From an uncultured Chloracidobacterium sp. (GTDB taxonomy: Bacteria; Acidobacteriota; Blastocatellia; Chloracidobacteriales; Chloracidobacteriaceae), in NCBI GenBank assembly GCA_937966115.1, contig CALCKX010000002.1, positions 19,988 through 83,987 on the forward strand: a stretch of 64,000 bases of DNA, given 5' to 3'. Position numbers and translations under genes: made by a program. Each line of letters opens with the position of its first letter. The first letter of the stretch is position 1. The notes under the pieces are model-generated. The model was not told where the DNA came from. It did no database searches and saw nothing but the letters and a program-made list of their open reading frames with translations. Of this stretch, positions 55,857-64,000 are shown piece by piece.

Positions 55857-56063
55857 ATGGCTCGAACGCCTGAAGAAATCGTCAAACGCTACAAGGAAGC
55901 CAACATTTGGCTTCGTCACTGGAAACAACAAATCGGCCTCGCCAAGGACGCCGAGCAGCGCGAGATGTTCACGCAGTATTACGAGGAGCGCGTCCAGGAA
56001 ATCGCCGCCCTCGAAGAGCCATACCGCGCCGCGCTGAAGATTCTCGGCGGGAGCGGGAGCTGA
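55857..56063 (+). CDS. Small helical hypothetical protein (68 aa)
   Basis: GGAGG RBS, GC3-typical codon use, fills the fadN-fadA gap. Confidence 0.7.
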   Translation: MARTPEEIVKRYKEANIWLRHWKQQIGLAKDAEQREMFTQYYEERVQEIAALEEPYRAALKILGGSGS

Positions 56064-56099
56064 CCGCCGACACCCGACTCTTTTTCGAGGTATTGCCCA

Positions 56100-57290
56100 A
56101 TGCAGGAAGCCGTCATTGTCTCCGCCGTCCGAACGCCGGTTGGAAAAGCCAAGAAAGGCGCGCTTGCCCACGTCCGTCCGGACGATTTCGGCGCCGTCGC
56201 CATCCGAGCTGCCGTTGAGCGCGCCGCCCCGCTCGACCCATCCGCCATTGACGATGTAATCCTTGGCTGCGCGATGCCGGAAGGCGAGCAAGGGATGAAC
56301 GTCGCCCGGATTGCCGCTTTACGCGCCGGGCTGCCGGTGTCGGTCAGCGCCGTGACAGTTAACCGCTTCTGCGCTTCCGGGTTGCAAGCCATCGCCTTCG
56401 CCGCCGAGCGAATCCGGGCGGGCGGGGCGGAGGTCGTGGTCGCTGGCGGCACGGAAAGCATGTCGCTCATTCCCATGACCGGCAACAAGCTGTCGCCGAA
56501 TCCGACGCTCGTCGAAACCTACCCGGACGTTTACCTGAGCATGGGGCTGACGGCTGAAATGGTGGCGCGCAAGTATGAAATCTCGCGCGAGGACGCGGAC
56601 GCCTTTTCGTACCGCAGCCACCAGCGCGCCGTCGCCGCGCAGCAGGCGGGCAAGTTCGGTCAGGAAATCGCGCCAGTCACCGTTGCCTACAAGCAACGCG
56701 ACGCGCGCGGCAAAACCGTCACCAGCGAGCAAGTCTTTGAAGCGGATGAAGGCCCGCGCCCCGACACGACCCTCGAAGCCCTCGCCAAGCTCAAGCCAGC
56801 CTTTCACGTCGCGGGACAAGTCACGGCCGGCAACGCGTCGCAGACCAGCGATGGCGCGGCGGCGGCGGTGGTGATGTCAGAGGCGAAAGCGATGGAACTC
56901 GGCCTCAAGCCGCTCGCCCGCTTTGTCGCGTTTGCAACCGGCGGCGTCGCTCCGGAGATCATGGGCATCGGGCCAGTGGAAGCGATCCCCAAAGCCCTGA
57001 AGCGCGCCGGGCTGACGCTCGACGACATTAAGCTCATCGAGCTGAACGAAGCCTTCGCCGCGCAGTCGCTGGCGGTGATGAAAGCGCTGGCGCTAGACCC
57101 TGAGCGCGTCAATGTCAACGGCGGCGCGATTGCGCTCGGCCACCCGCTCGGCTGCACCGGCGCGAAACTGACTGCCTCGCTGATCTATGAGCTGCGTCGC
57201 CGGGGCGGCGGCTATGGCCTGGTCACGATGTGCGTTGGCGGCGGCATGGGCGCTGCCGGCATCTTCGAAGTTTTCGCCAACGAAGCGTAA
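56100..57290 (+). CDS. fadA: Acetyl-CoA C-acyltransferase (thiolase)
   Basis: [32 protein letters not shown]. Confidence 0.95.
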   Translation: MQEAVIVSAVRTPVGKAKKGALAHVRPDDFGAVAIRAAVERAAPLDPSAIDDVILGCAMPEGEQGMNVARIAALRAGLPVSVSAVTVNRFCASGLQAIAFAAERIRAGGAEVVVAGGTESMSLIPMTGNKLSPNPTLVETYPDVYLSMGLTAEMVARKYEISREDADAFSYRSHQRAVAAQQAGKFGQEIAPVTVAYKQRDARGKTVTSEQVFEADEGPRPDTTLEALAKLKPAFHVAGQVTAGNASQTSDGAAAAVVMSEAKAMELGLKPLARFVAFATGGVAPEIMGIGPVEAIPKALKRAGLTLDDIKLIELNEAFAAQSLAVMKALALDPERVNVNGGAIALGHPLGCTGAKLTASLIYELRRRGGGYGLVTMCVGGGMGAAGIFEVFANEA

Positions 57291-57306
57291 GGAGTCATCA
57301 CTGCTT

Positions 57307-57939
57307 ATGACAAATTCCGCAGGGCATTTGTTTCATCGGCTTTTGCTCGGGCTGACCATCTTTTTCGCCGGTCATGGCCTCGCTGGCGCCCAGGACAAGC
57401 CCGAAGTCAATCCCCGCGCCGCTTCCAGCCCGGAAGTCGTCAGCGAAACCTTGGGCATTCGCTTCGCCAAGCCGGACCGCCTGTGGACGGTGATCAATGA
57501 AGAAGACTCAGGCTTGCCCAGACTGGCTTGCCTAGCTGAGGAGTCTGACGCCTGGTCTCCGCGCTTTGCCGTCATCGCGCTTCCAAGCGTTGTCATGCCG
57601 AACGGCATGGAATCGCGCTTGCGCCAGGTGAAAGTAAGTTACGCTGACAATCGCCGCGCCGCTCAGGAGCAGATGACCTCTGAAATCGCCTCCTCGCAGC
57701 TTCGCATTCTCAAGTTTGAGAACGCGACCTTAGCTGGGAAGGAAGCGGTGCTCTTCGTCTATGAAATTACTGGGGAAAAAACCTACCGAACGGTTGAGTA
57801 CGGCATTCTCCACCAGAATAATTTCTACATCATTCAAGCTGCGGCGCCAGCCGGAGTTTGGGAACGTCCGGAAGGCGCGGCCATGTTTGAGCGTTCATTC
57901 AAGAGCTTCGCGTTCCTGAAGTCTTCACCGCGTAGATAA
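57307..57939 (+). CDS. Exported hypothetical protein (possible PsbP/DcrB-like fold)
   Basis: AAGGAG RBS; signal peptide ending AGA-Q; 'TLAGKEAV...Y...Y.I.....F.RSF.SF.F' pattern. Confidence 0.65.
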   Translation: MTNSAGHLFHRLLLGLTIFFAGHGLAGAQDKPEVNPRAASSPEVVSETLGIRFAKPDRLWTVINEEDSGLPRLACLAEESDAWSPRFAVIALPSVVMPNGMESRLRQVKVSYADNRRAAQEQMTSEIASSQLRILKFENATLAGKEAVLFVYEITGEKTYRTVEYGILHQNNFYIIQAAAPAGVWERPEGAAMFERSFKSFAFLKSSPRR

Positions 57940-58032
57940 GCGTTGCGCCTCCCTCGACGCTAACCATTCACCCCCACGCCCACGATGCAGGACGGGAAGC
58001 GATCTTCGTCCTCTTGGAAAGGATATTCACCC

Positions 58033-59853
58033 ATGTCAGCCGCAAGACCTGCCCCTGAACTCCCTGCGACCTATCCCAAAGGCGGAAGCTTTCTCATTGA
58101 AATGGTTTCGCCAAGCGAAGTCTTCACGCCAGAAGACTTCAATGACGAGCAACGCATGATCGCCAAGACAACAGCCGACTTCGTCAATAACGAAGTGCTG
58201 CCAAACATGGATAAGCTCGAAAGCCAATATAAGACCGGCGACTTCAGTCTCACCGTTAGCTTGCTCCGCAAAGCAGCTGACATTGGACTGTTAGCTGGCG
58301 ATATTCCAGCCAAGTATGACGGGCTTGAGCTTGACAAAGTATGCCAAATGCTGGTGTCGGAATTCATTTCGCGGTCTGGCGGATTCTCGGTCTCGCTTGG
58401 CGGACACACCGGCATCGGCACGTGGCCGATCACCTACTTCGGCACGCCGGAGCAAAAAGCGCATTACTTGCCCAAGCTTGGAACCGGCGAGTGGCTGGCC
58501 GCCTATGCGCTCTCCGAGCCAGGCAGCGGCTCGGACGCCCTTGGCGCGCGGGCCAGGGCCAGGCTCAACGAGGAAGGCACGCACTACATCCTCAACGGCA
58601 CGAAGATGTGGATTTCCAACGCCGGTTTCGCCGACATTTTTATCGTCTTCTGTAAAGTGGATGGCGAGAAGTTTTCGGCTTTTATCGTCCACCGCGACTA
58701 TCCTGGCGTTTCGACCGGCAAGGAAGAGGACAAGATGGGCATTCACAGCTCATCCACCCGGCAGCTCATCCTCGAAAACGTTCCGGTGCCGAAAGAAAAC
58801 CTGCTCGGCGAAATTGGCAAGGGACACCTCATCGCATTCAACTGCCTGAACTTGGGACGCTACAAGCTGGGCGGCGGCGTGGTTGGCGGCGCAAAGTCTA
58901 TTCTCGAGCACACGACCAAGTACGCGATGGAGCGAAAGCAGTTCGATCGCCCGATTGGCTCCTTTGGCGCGATCAAGCACAAGATTGGCGAAATGGTAGC
59001 GCGCATCTACGCGACGGAAAGCATGTCTTACCGAACCGCCGGACTCATTCATAACATTCTGGCGGACATTGACGCCGACGACGCCGAGCGCATCCTCAAG
59101 GGCATCGAGGAATACGCCATCGAATGCTCGATCATGAAAGTCTATGGCAGCGAAATGCTCGGCTATGTCGCGGACGAGGCGGTGCAAACCTTCGGGGGCT
59201 ATGGCTATTCGGAAGAGTATCCGGTGGCCAGGGCCTACCGCGATGCGCGGATCAATCGCATTTTCGAGGGCACGAACGAAATCAACCGCCTGCTCATTCC
59301 CGGCATGCTGCTCAAGCGCGGCATGCGCGGCGAGCTGCCGATCATGCAGGCGACCCAGCGCATCTTGGACGAGCTGTTGTCCGGGCCGTCCTTTGACGAA
59401 GCGGATGACGCCCCGCTGACCAAAGAGCGGAAAGCCATCGTGGACTGCAAGAAGATCGCGCTGCTTATTGCCGGGATTGCCGTCCAGAAGTATGGGCAGA
59501 AGCTGAGCGACGAGCAGGAGGTCCTGATTGCGTTCAGCGACATTGCAATGGATACCTTCGCGATGGAAAGCTGTTATCTTCGGGCGCTCAAGCTCTGCCA
59601 GGCGCGGGGCGCGGAGGTGACGACTCGCGATGCGCTTGCCGCAACGCAGGTCTTTATCAACGACGCCGTGGGCAGGATCGAGCTGACGGCGCGGCGCATC
59701 CTGCCCACGTTGTCGGAAGGCGACAACCTTCGCATACAGCTCGCGGCGGTCAAGCGCTTCAGCAAGTATGAACTCGTTGACACCGTTGGGCTGCGCCGGT
59801 ATTTGGCGGATCGAGCCTTTGAGGCGCAGGGCTACCCGGTCTTTTCCATCTAG
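58033..59853 (+). CDS. fadE: Acyl-CoA dehydrogenase (FadE/YusJ, VLCAD-like)
   Basis: KGGSFL, YALSEP.SGSDA, LNGTKMWISN, KMGI, RKQF, GGYGY, RINRIFEGTNEINR. Confidence 0.94.
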   Translation: MSAARPAPELPATYPKGGSFLIEMVSPSEVFTPEDFNDEQRMIAKTTADFVNNEVLPNMDKLESQYKTGDFSLTVSLLRKAADIGLLAGDIPAKYDGLELDKVCQMLVSEFISRSGGFSVSLGGHTGIGTWPITYFGTPEQKAHYLPKLGTGEWLAAYALSEPGSGSDALGARARARLNEEGTHYILNGTKMWISNAGFADIFIVFCKVDGEKFSAFIVHRDYPGVSTGKEEDKMGIHSSSTRQLILENVPVPKENLLGEIGKGHLIAFNCLNLGRYKLGGGVVGGAKSILEHTTKYAMERKQFDRPIGSFGAIKHKIGEMVARIYATESMSYRTAGLIHNILADIDADDAERILKGIEEYAIECSIMKVYGSEMLGYVADEAVQTFGGYGYSEEYPVARAYRDARINRIFEGTNEINRLLIPGMLLKRGMRGELPIMQATQRILDELLSGPSFDEADDAPLTKERKAIVDCKKIALLIAGIAVQKYGQKLSDEQEVLIAFSDIAMDTFAMESCYLRALKLCQARGAEVTTRDALAATQVFINDAVGRIELTARRILPTLSEGDNLRIQLAAVKRFSKYELVDTVGLRRYLADRAFEAQGYPVFSI

Positions 59854-59898
59854 GCGACCCGAACGAATTTAGCCAGAGAACCGACGCTGCATTGCGTC

Positions 59899-59936
59899 AG
59901 GTGCGGGAGACAGCGCGGCTCCCGCGCCTTTCTCTT
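59899..59936 (+). terminator. Probable intrinsic terminator after fadE
   Basis: Stem AGGTGCGGGAG / CTCCCGCGCCT (11 bp, one G-U pair) followed by TTCTCTT. Confidence 0.6.
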
Positions 59937-60092
59937 ATCCGCGCGCTCATCTACAGTTCATAAATACAGTTCACAAAGCCAAGGCGTGAAGTTTGAGATT
60001 GCCGAAAAAAGCGGCTTTCCCTATCGTTTCGGCGGCGTCGCCAGGCGATCAGGATTGCCAAGACGCTCAACCCCCGTAAAGGAACAAGCTCG

Positions 60093-61196
60093 ATGTTCGG
60101 CTGGTTACTATTGATTTCCAGTCTGTTGGTGGCGATTCCCATAGGCGGGCTGGCCCTTACGCTGTTCTACCGCACCCTCCAGGCGCAACGGGTCGAGCGG
60201 CAAAAACAGCACTACGAACGCTATCGCGGTCAGCTAGGCAAGCTGCGTGACGCCATAGCGCAGGCAAAGTCTCCCGAAGACTTGATAGCCCTCTCTCAGT
60301 CCTTCCAGGCAACGACCCGCGACGAAGTGGCAGCCCTCAAGCACGTCATTGTCGAAGCTTACGGAGAGTCTCCCGATACCATACGCAAGCCTTTGGCGCT
60401 GCTTTACGAGTCGCTTGGACTAGTGGCCGACGACATGCAAACCATTCGCAACGGCACCCTGGAAGAGCAGTCGCACGCGACATTTCGACTTGGAAGACTG
60501 CGCCACCTGCCAGCCCTTGACACCCTGGAGCGCGTGAGCAAGCACCACTCCGCCGAGTTACGATTGGTCGCCATCTGGGCGCTGACCGAGCTGGCGGATG
60601 CCCGCGGGATCAAGCCCATCGTCATTGCGCTCTCGGGAGCCAATGGCTGGCAGCTGATGCAGGCCGCCAATCGCCTGCTTGATATGCAGCTCGATCTAAC
60701 GCTTCCCCTCCTGGAGCTGTTGGATTCCGCCGGCGGCATGCGGGAGCGCCGCGAGCGAATCATTATGACCGTGCTCGACCTGATCAGCGATTTCGGTCCT
60801 CGCGCGAGAAACTACATCAACCCGACCGCCGGGCGGCAAGCCGCGCTACGTCTCCTGGATAGCGAATCTGTCAATCTCCGCACTCGCGCTATCCGCGCCC
60901 TGACGGCGCTTGGCGTTGAGTCGTCTCGGGAAATTGAAAGCATCCTCCGCGCCCTCAAAGACCAAAGCTGGGAAGTGCGCGCAGTCGCAGCGCGAGCGAT
61001 TGGCGATCTGCAACTTGCGGACGGGCTGCTCTCGCTCCAAGAAGCAGTCAGCGACAAAGCTTGGTGGGTGCGGCATAACGCCGCCCAGGCTCTCAAAAAG
61101 CTTGGCGATGCTGGAGAAGCGATACTACTTCAACTTATGCAAAGCGATGATCGCTTTGCCCGCGAAACTGTCACCCAAGCTTTGCAAAGCAATTGA
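60093..61196 (+). CDS. Membrane-anchored HEAT-repeat protein
   Basis: N-terminal TM; repeats 'LKDQSWEVRAVAARAIG', 'SDKAWWVRHNAAQAL', 'DDRFARE'. Confidence 0.85.
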   Translation: MFGWLLLISSLLVAIPIGGLALTLFYRTLQAQRVERQKQHYERYRGQLGKLRDAIAQAKSPEDLIALSQSFQATTRDEVAALKHVIVEAYGESPDTIRKPLALLYESLGLVADDMQTIRNGTLEEQSHATFRLGRLRHLPALDTLERVSKHHSAELRLVAIWALTELADARGIKPIVIALSGANGWQLMQAANRLLDMQLDLTLPLLELLDSAGGMRERRERIIMTVLDLISDFGPRARNYINPTAGRQAALRLLDSESVNLRTRAIRALTALGVESSREIESILRALKDQSWEVRAVAARAIGDLQLADGLLSLQEAVSDKAWWVRHNAAQALKKLGDAGEAILLQLMQSDDRFARETVTQALQSN

Positions 61197-61210
61197 GGCA
61201 TTGCGCAGCC

Positions 61211-61903
61211 ATGGACCTGAAGAGCGAGCAATCCGTCTCGTTGGCCTCGTTTATCGATCACACCCTGCTGAAGCCGGAAGCCACCTCGGCCGACATTGTA
61301 AGATGCTGCGACGAAGCGCAGGCATACGGCTTCGCAGCCGTATGCGTAAATCCAGTCTGGGTTTCTCAAGCCGCTCGAGCGCTTGCTGGCCGAGCGACTG
61401 CCGTTTGCACTGTCGTCGGCTTCCCCCTTGGAGCAACGACAACCGAAGCTAAGGTCTTCGAGGCTCGACAAGCTCTTGAAAACGGCGCTAAGGAAATAGA
61501 CATGGTTTTGGCAATCGGCAAGCTAAAGGAAGGTGATTTCTCGTTTGTCGAGGCTGATATTCGCGCCGTCACTGAAGTAGCTCATCAGCATCACGCCTTG
61601 TGCAAGGTTATCATCGAAGCGGCCTTGCTTGACGATACGGAGAAACTAAAGGCTTGCCAGCTTATCCAAGCAGCCAACGCGGACTTCGTCAAAACATCAA
61701 CTGGATTTAGCCAAGGAGGAGCGACCATCGGCGATGTAAGGCTGCTTCGTCAAGCGGTAGGGCCAGCGATTGGCGTCAAGGCGTCAGGCGGCATTCGAAG
61801 TCGAGAGGCAGCCCAGCAACTCATCGCAGCTGGCGCGACTCGCATCGGAACCAGCAATGGCGTCAGCCTCATAAAAAGCGAAGACGGACTGTCAAAGTAC
61901 TAA
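61211..61903 (+). CDS. deoC: Deoxyribose-phosphate aldolase
   Basis: IDHTLLKP, VVGFPLG, EIDMV, KVIIE, FVKTSTGF, GVKASGGIR, RIGTS. Confidence 0.96.
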   Translation: MDLKSEQSVSLASFIDHTLLKPEATSADIVRCCDEAQAYGFAAVCVNPVWVSQAARALAGRATAVCTVVGFPLGATTTEAKVFEARQALENGAKEIDMVLAIGKLKEGDFSFVEADIRAVTEVAHQHHALCKVIIEAALLDDTEKLKACQLIQAANADFVKTSTGFSQGGATIGDVRLLRQAVGPAIGVKASGGIRSREAAQQLIAAGATRIGTSNGVSLIKSEDGLSKY

Positions 61904-61911
61904 GCGCTTGC

Positions 61912-62304
61912 CTACTCGCCCTTGTCCTTCAACAAAGTCACTCTCGTCACTTGCGTGGGTAAAGACTCGCGGTAAACTACCTCAATTCGCTGCCCAGGCT
62001 TGATGTCAGATAGGCGAATCTCCCTAGATTTTCCAATAATCGGAAATCCCTTTTCAGAACTAATCTTGGCGTTCCGTGAAATGCGATATGTCAACTCGTC
62101 GCCTGTGATCTCATCAGTGGCATCTATTGTGTAGAGATCGGAGTTTATCGACTTTACAATCAAAATTGTCTTCAGATTACGTTTTATCTCGCTAGCTGTC
62201 CGTGGAGCGCGTCCTATCCCAACGCTCCCCTGCCCAAAGGCAACGAAAGGCAGCGTCAAAAGCGAGAAAGTAAGCAGTTTTGCAAAAAAAGCGGTAAACT
62301 TCAT
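61912..62304 (-). CDS. Exported hypothetical protein (OB-fold/DUF5666-like)
   Basis: AGGAG RBS; signal peptide AFG-Q; 'IRLSDIKPGQRIEVVY'. Confidence 0.7.
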   Translation of the reverse strand: MKFTAFFAKLLTFSLLTLPFVAFGQGSVGIGRAPRTASEIKRNLKTILIVKSINSDLYTIDATDEITGDELTYRISRNAKISSEKGFPIIGKSREIRLSDIKPGQRIEVVYRESLPTQVTRVTLLKDKGE

Positions 62305-62369
62305 TTCGATGACTCCTGAAAGGTAAAGGTCAGAGAACGGATGAAGCAACTTAGCAAAATCGAACAAAT

Positions 62370-63026
62370 ATGATAAGAGCTGTAATTTTTGACTTCGATG
62401 GTATCATCGCGGACAGCGAAGAAGCTCACTTTGCAGGACTTAGAGAAACGCTTGCTAGGGAAGGCATTTACATTGACCATCAGGAGTACAATGATCGCTA
62501 TATCGCGCTGAGCGACAAAGATTGCTTCAAGGAAGCTTTTGGAGCGTCCCTTTCTTCAGAAAAACTCTCGGAGCTTATCCAGTATAAGTCTAGGATACTG
62601 AAGCTAAGCTTGCAAAAGGTTAAACTTTTTCAAGGTATTCCTGAATGGATAAAAAAATATTCAAAAGAAATCTCTCTGGGAATTTGTTCAGGAGCGTTGA
62701 GAGAAGAGATCACTGAAGCCCTTACCGCACATGACCTGCTTGAGCGCTTCAGCGTAATTGTCAGCGCTGAAGATGTTCAACAAGGAAAGCCATCGCCGGA
62801 AGGTTATCTGCTCGCCCTCCAAGAGCTAGGCAAGCTACAAGGAAACAAGCCCCAACTCCTAGCATCGGAATGTCTTGCCATCGAAGACTCCATAGCGGGA
62901 GTCCAAGCCGCTAAGTCAGCTGGTCTGCTCTGCGCTGCAATAACCAACTCTTTTCCTAAAGAAAAACTAAAAAATGCTAATTTTATTTTCACCTCAATAA
63001 GCGAGCTAAGCTTGGATAAGCTTTGA
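62370..63026 (+). CDS. HAD-superfamily hydrolase (beta-PGM/CbbY-like)
   Basis: FDFDG, 'ICSG', 'GKPSPE', 'IEDS..GVQAAKSAG'. Confidence 0.92.
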   Translation: MIRAVIFDFDGIIADSEEAHFAGLRETLAREGIYIDHQEYNDRYIALSDKDCFKEAFGASLSSEKLSELIQYKSRILKLSLQKVKLFQGIPEWIKKYSKEISLGICSGALREEITEALTAHDLLERFSVIVSAEDVQQGKPSPEGYLLALQELGKLQGNKPQLLASECLAIEDSIAGVQAAKSAGLLCAAITNSFPKEKLKNANFIFTSISELSLDKL

Positions 63027-63068
63027 GCCTGCGCTAGTTAGTAGCCATATCAATGCGCTTTAGTCGTA

Positions 63069-64000
63069 ATGTCATCAGCTATCCCTGAATGGCTCATCAC
63101 AATTTGCAAAACCATAGAAGCCTCGGGAGGGAGGGCGTTTTTTGTTGGTGGTTGCGTGCGGGACAGTCTGCTAGGGCTACCAGTAAAAGATTATGACCTT
63201 GAAGTTTATGGCTTGCCAAGCTCCATCTTGAGAGCCTTGCTAGAGCAACAGGGGAAAATTAGCGCAGTTGGGGAGCAATTTGCAGTCTATAAGCTCAGAC
63301 CGCAGGCCGATGCATCAGCGGAGATAGACGTATCGCTTCCCAGGCGCGAATCCAAGCGAGGTTACGGACACCGCGGTTTTCTTATCGAAGGAGATCCATG
63401 GATGAGCTTTCAGGATGCCGTCAGCCGGCGGGACTTTACAATCAATGCCATCCTGCAAGACCCTCTAACTAGAACCATCATAGACCCCTGTCAGGGAGTG
63501 AGTGATCTGAAAAGTAAAAAGCTTCGCGCAGTCAACTCCAGGACTTTTAGAGAAGATTCGCTGCGAGTTCTACGGGCAGCGCAATTGTCCGCTCGATATG
63601 GTCTAACTATATCCGCTGAAACAATTTTACTGTGCCAGCAAACTTCTCTAAAAGATATACCAAGAGAAAGAATTTACGCGGAGTTTGAAAAGCTGTTATT
63701 ATTAGCTCCCAGGCCATCCGTAGGGTTAAGCTATTTTTCAACTCTTGGCATAACTACACAAATTTTCCCTATGCTTTGGGATCTCTATAGCTCCCCAATG
63801 AACAATAGTCTTTATTCAAAAGACTCCTTGTGGAACTACACTCTAAAGTCAATCGACAAGGGCAAGACTCTGGTTAAGCAACTTAGCGAGCCAGAGCAGC
63901 TTTCAGTGCTAATATCTGTTCTTGGAATAAGATTAGCTCTGCCAAGATTTTTGGAGTTATTGGATAGATTAGGAATATATAGTCGCCGAGGATATAAGCT
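63069..64000 (+). CDS. cca: CCA tRNA nucleotidyltransferase, 3'-truncated by the window edge (absent from the supplied ORF track)
   Basis: Manual translation: MSSAIPEWL...FVGGCVRDSLLG..VKDYDLE...RRDFTINA...EDSLRVLRA...ERI..E.EK; open to the window end. Confidence 0.9.
   Translation, partial: MSSAIPEWLITICKTIEASGGRAFFVGGCVRDSLLGLPVKDYDLEVYGLPSSILRALLEQQGKISAVGEQFAVYKLRPQADASAEIDVSLPRRESKRGYGHRGFLIEGDPWMSFQDAVSRRDFTINAILQDPLTRTIIDPCQGVSDLKSKKLRAVNSRTFREDSLRVLRAAQLSARYGLTISAETILLCQQTSLKDIPRERIYAEFEKLLLLAPRPSVGLSYFSTLGITTQIFPMLWDLYSSPMNNSLYSKDSLWNYTLKSIDKGKTLVKQLSEPEQLSVLISVLGIRLALPRFLELLDRLGIYSRRGYK

Overview
A GC-rich bacterial chromosome segment with about 55 CDS, two tRNAs (tRNA-Sec UCA and tRNA-Pro GGG), and no integrase, transposase, rRNA or CRISPR array. 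Gene content and protein styles suggest Acidobacteriota, possibly Blastocatellia or Chloracidobacterium-like; this is inference, and no photosynthesis gene is in the window. Housekeeping genes include ftsY, PBP1A, aroA, prkA, mqnD, surE, era, prmA, ccsA, rfbB, deoC and cca. A Bacillus-type fatty-acid degradation operon (fadR-fadD-fadN-fadA-fadE) has a visible promoter, operator and terminator. Signalling genes are abundant. The main finding is the block at about 22.5-30.9 kb: REC-DUF4388 regulator, sigma-54-like promoter, coiled-coil protein, degenerate FNR-like flavoprotein, extended 2Fe-2S ferredoxin, V4R protein, short repeat protein, phycobiliprotein-fold protein retaining the bilin-binding Cys, second V4R protein and Ser/Thr kinase. 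From memory this matches the cyanobacterial slr0144-slr0152 'Pap' operon, here in an apparently non-cyanobacterial host. The block appears to lie between a PIN-domain gene and its usual small partner gene. All homology calls come from motif recognition and recollection; no database searches were run.
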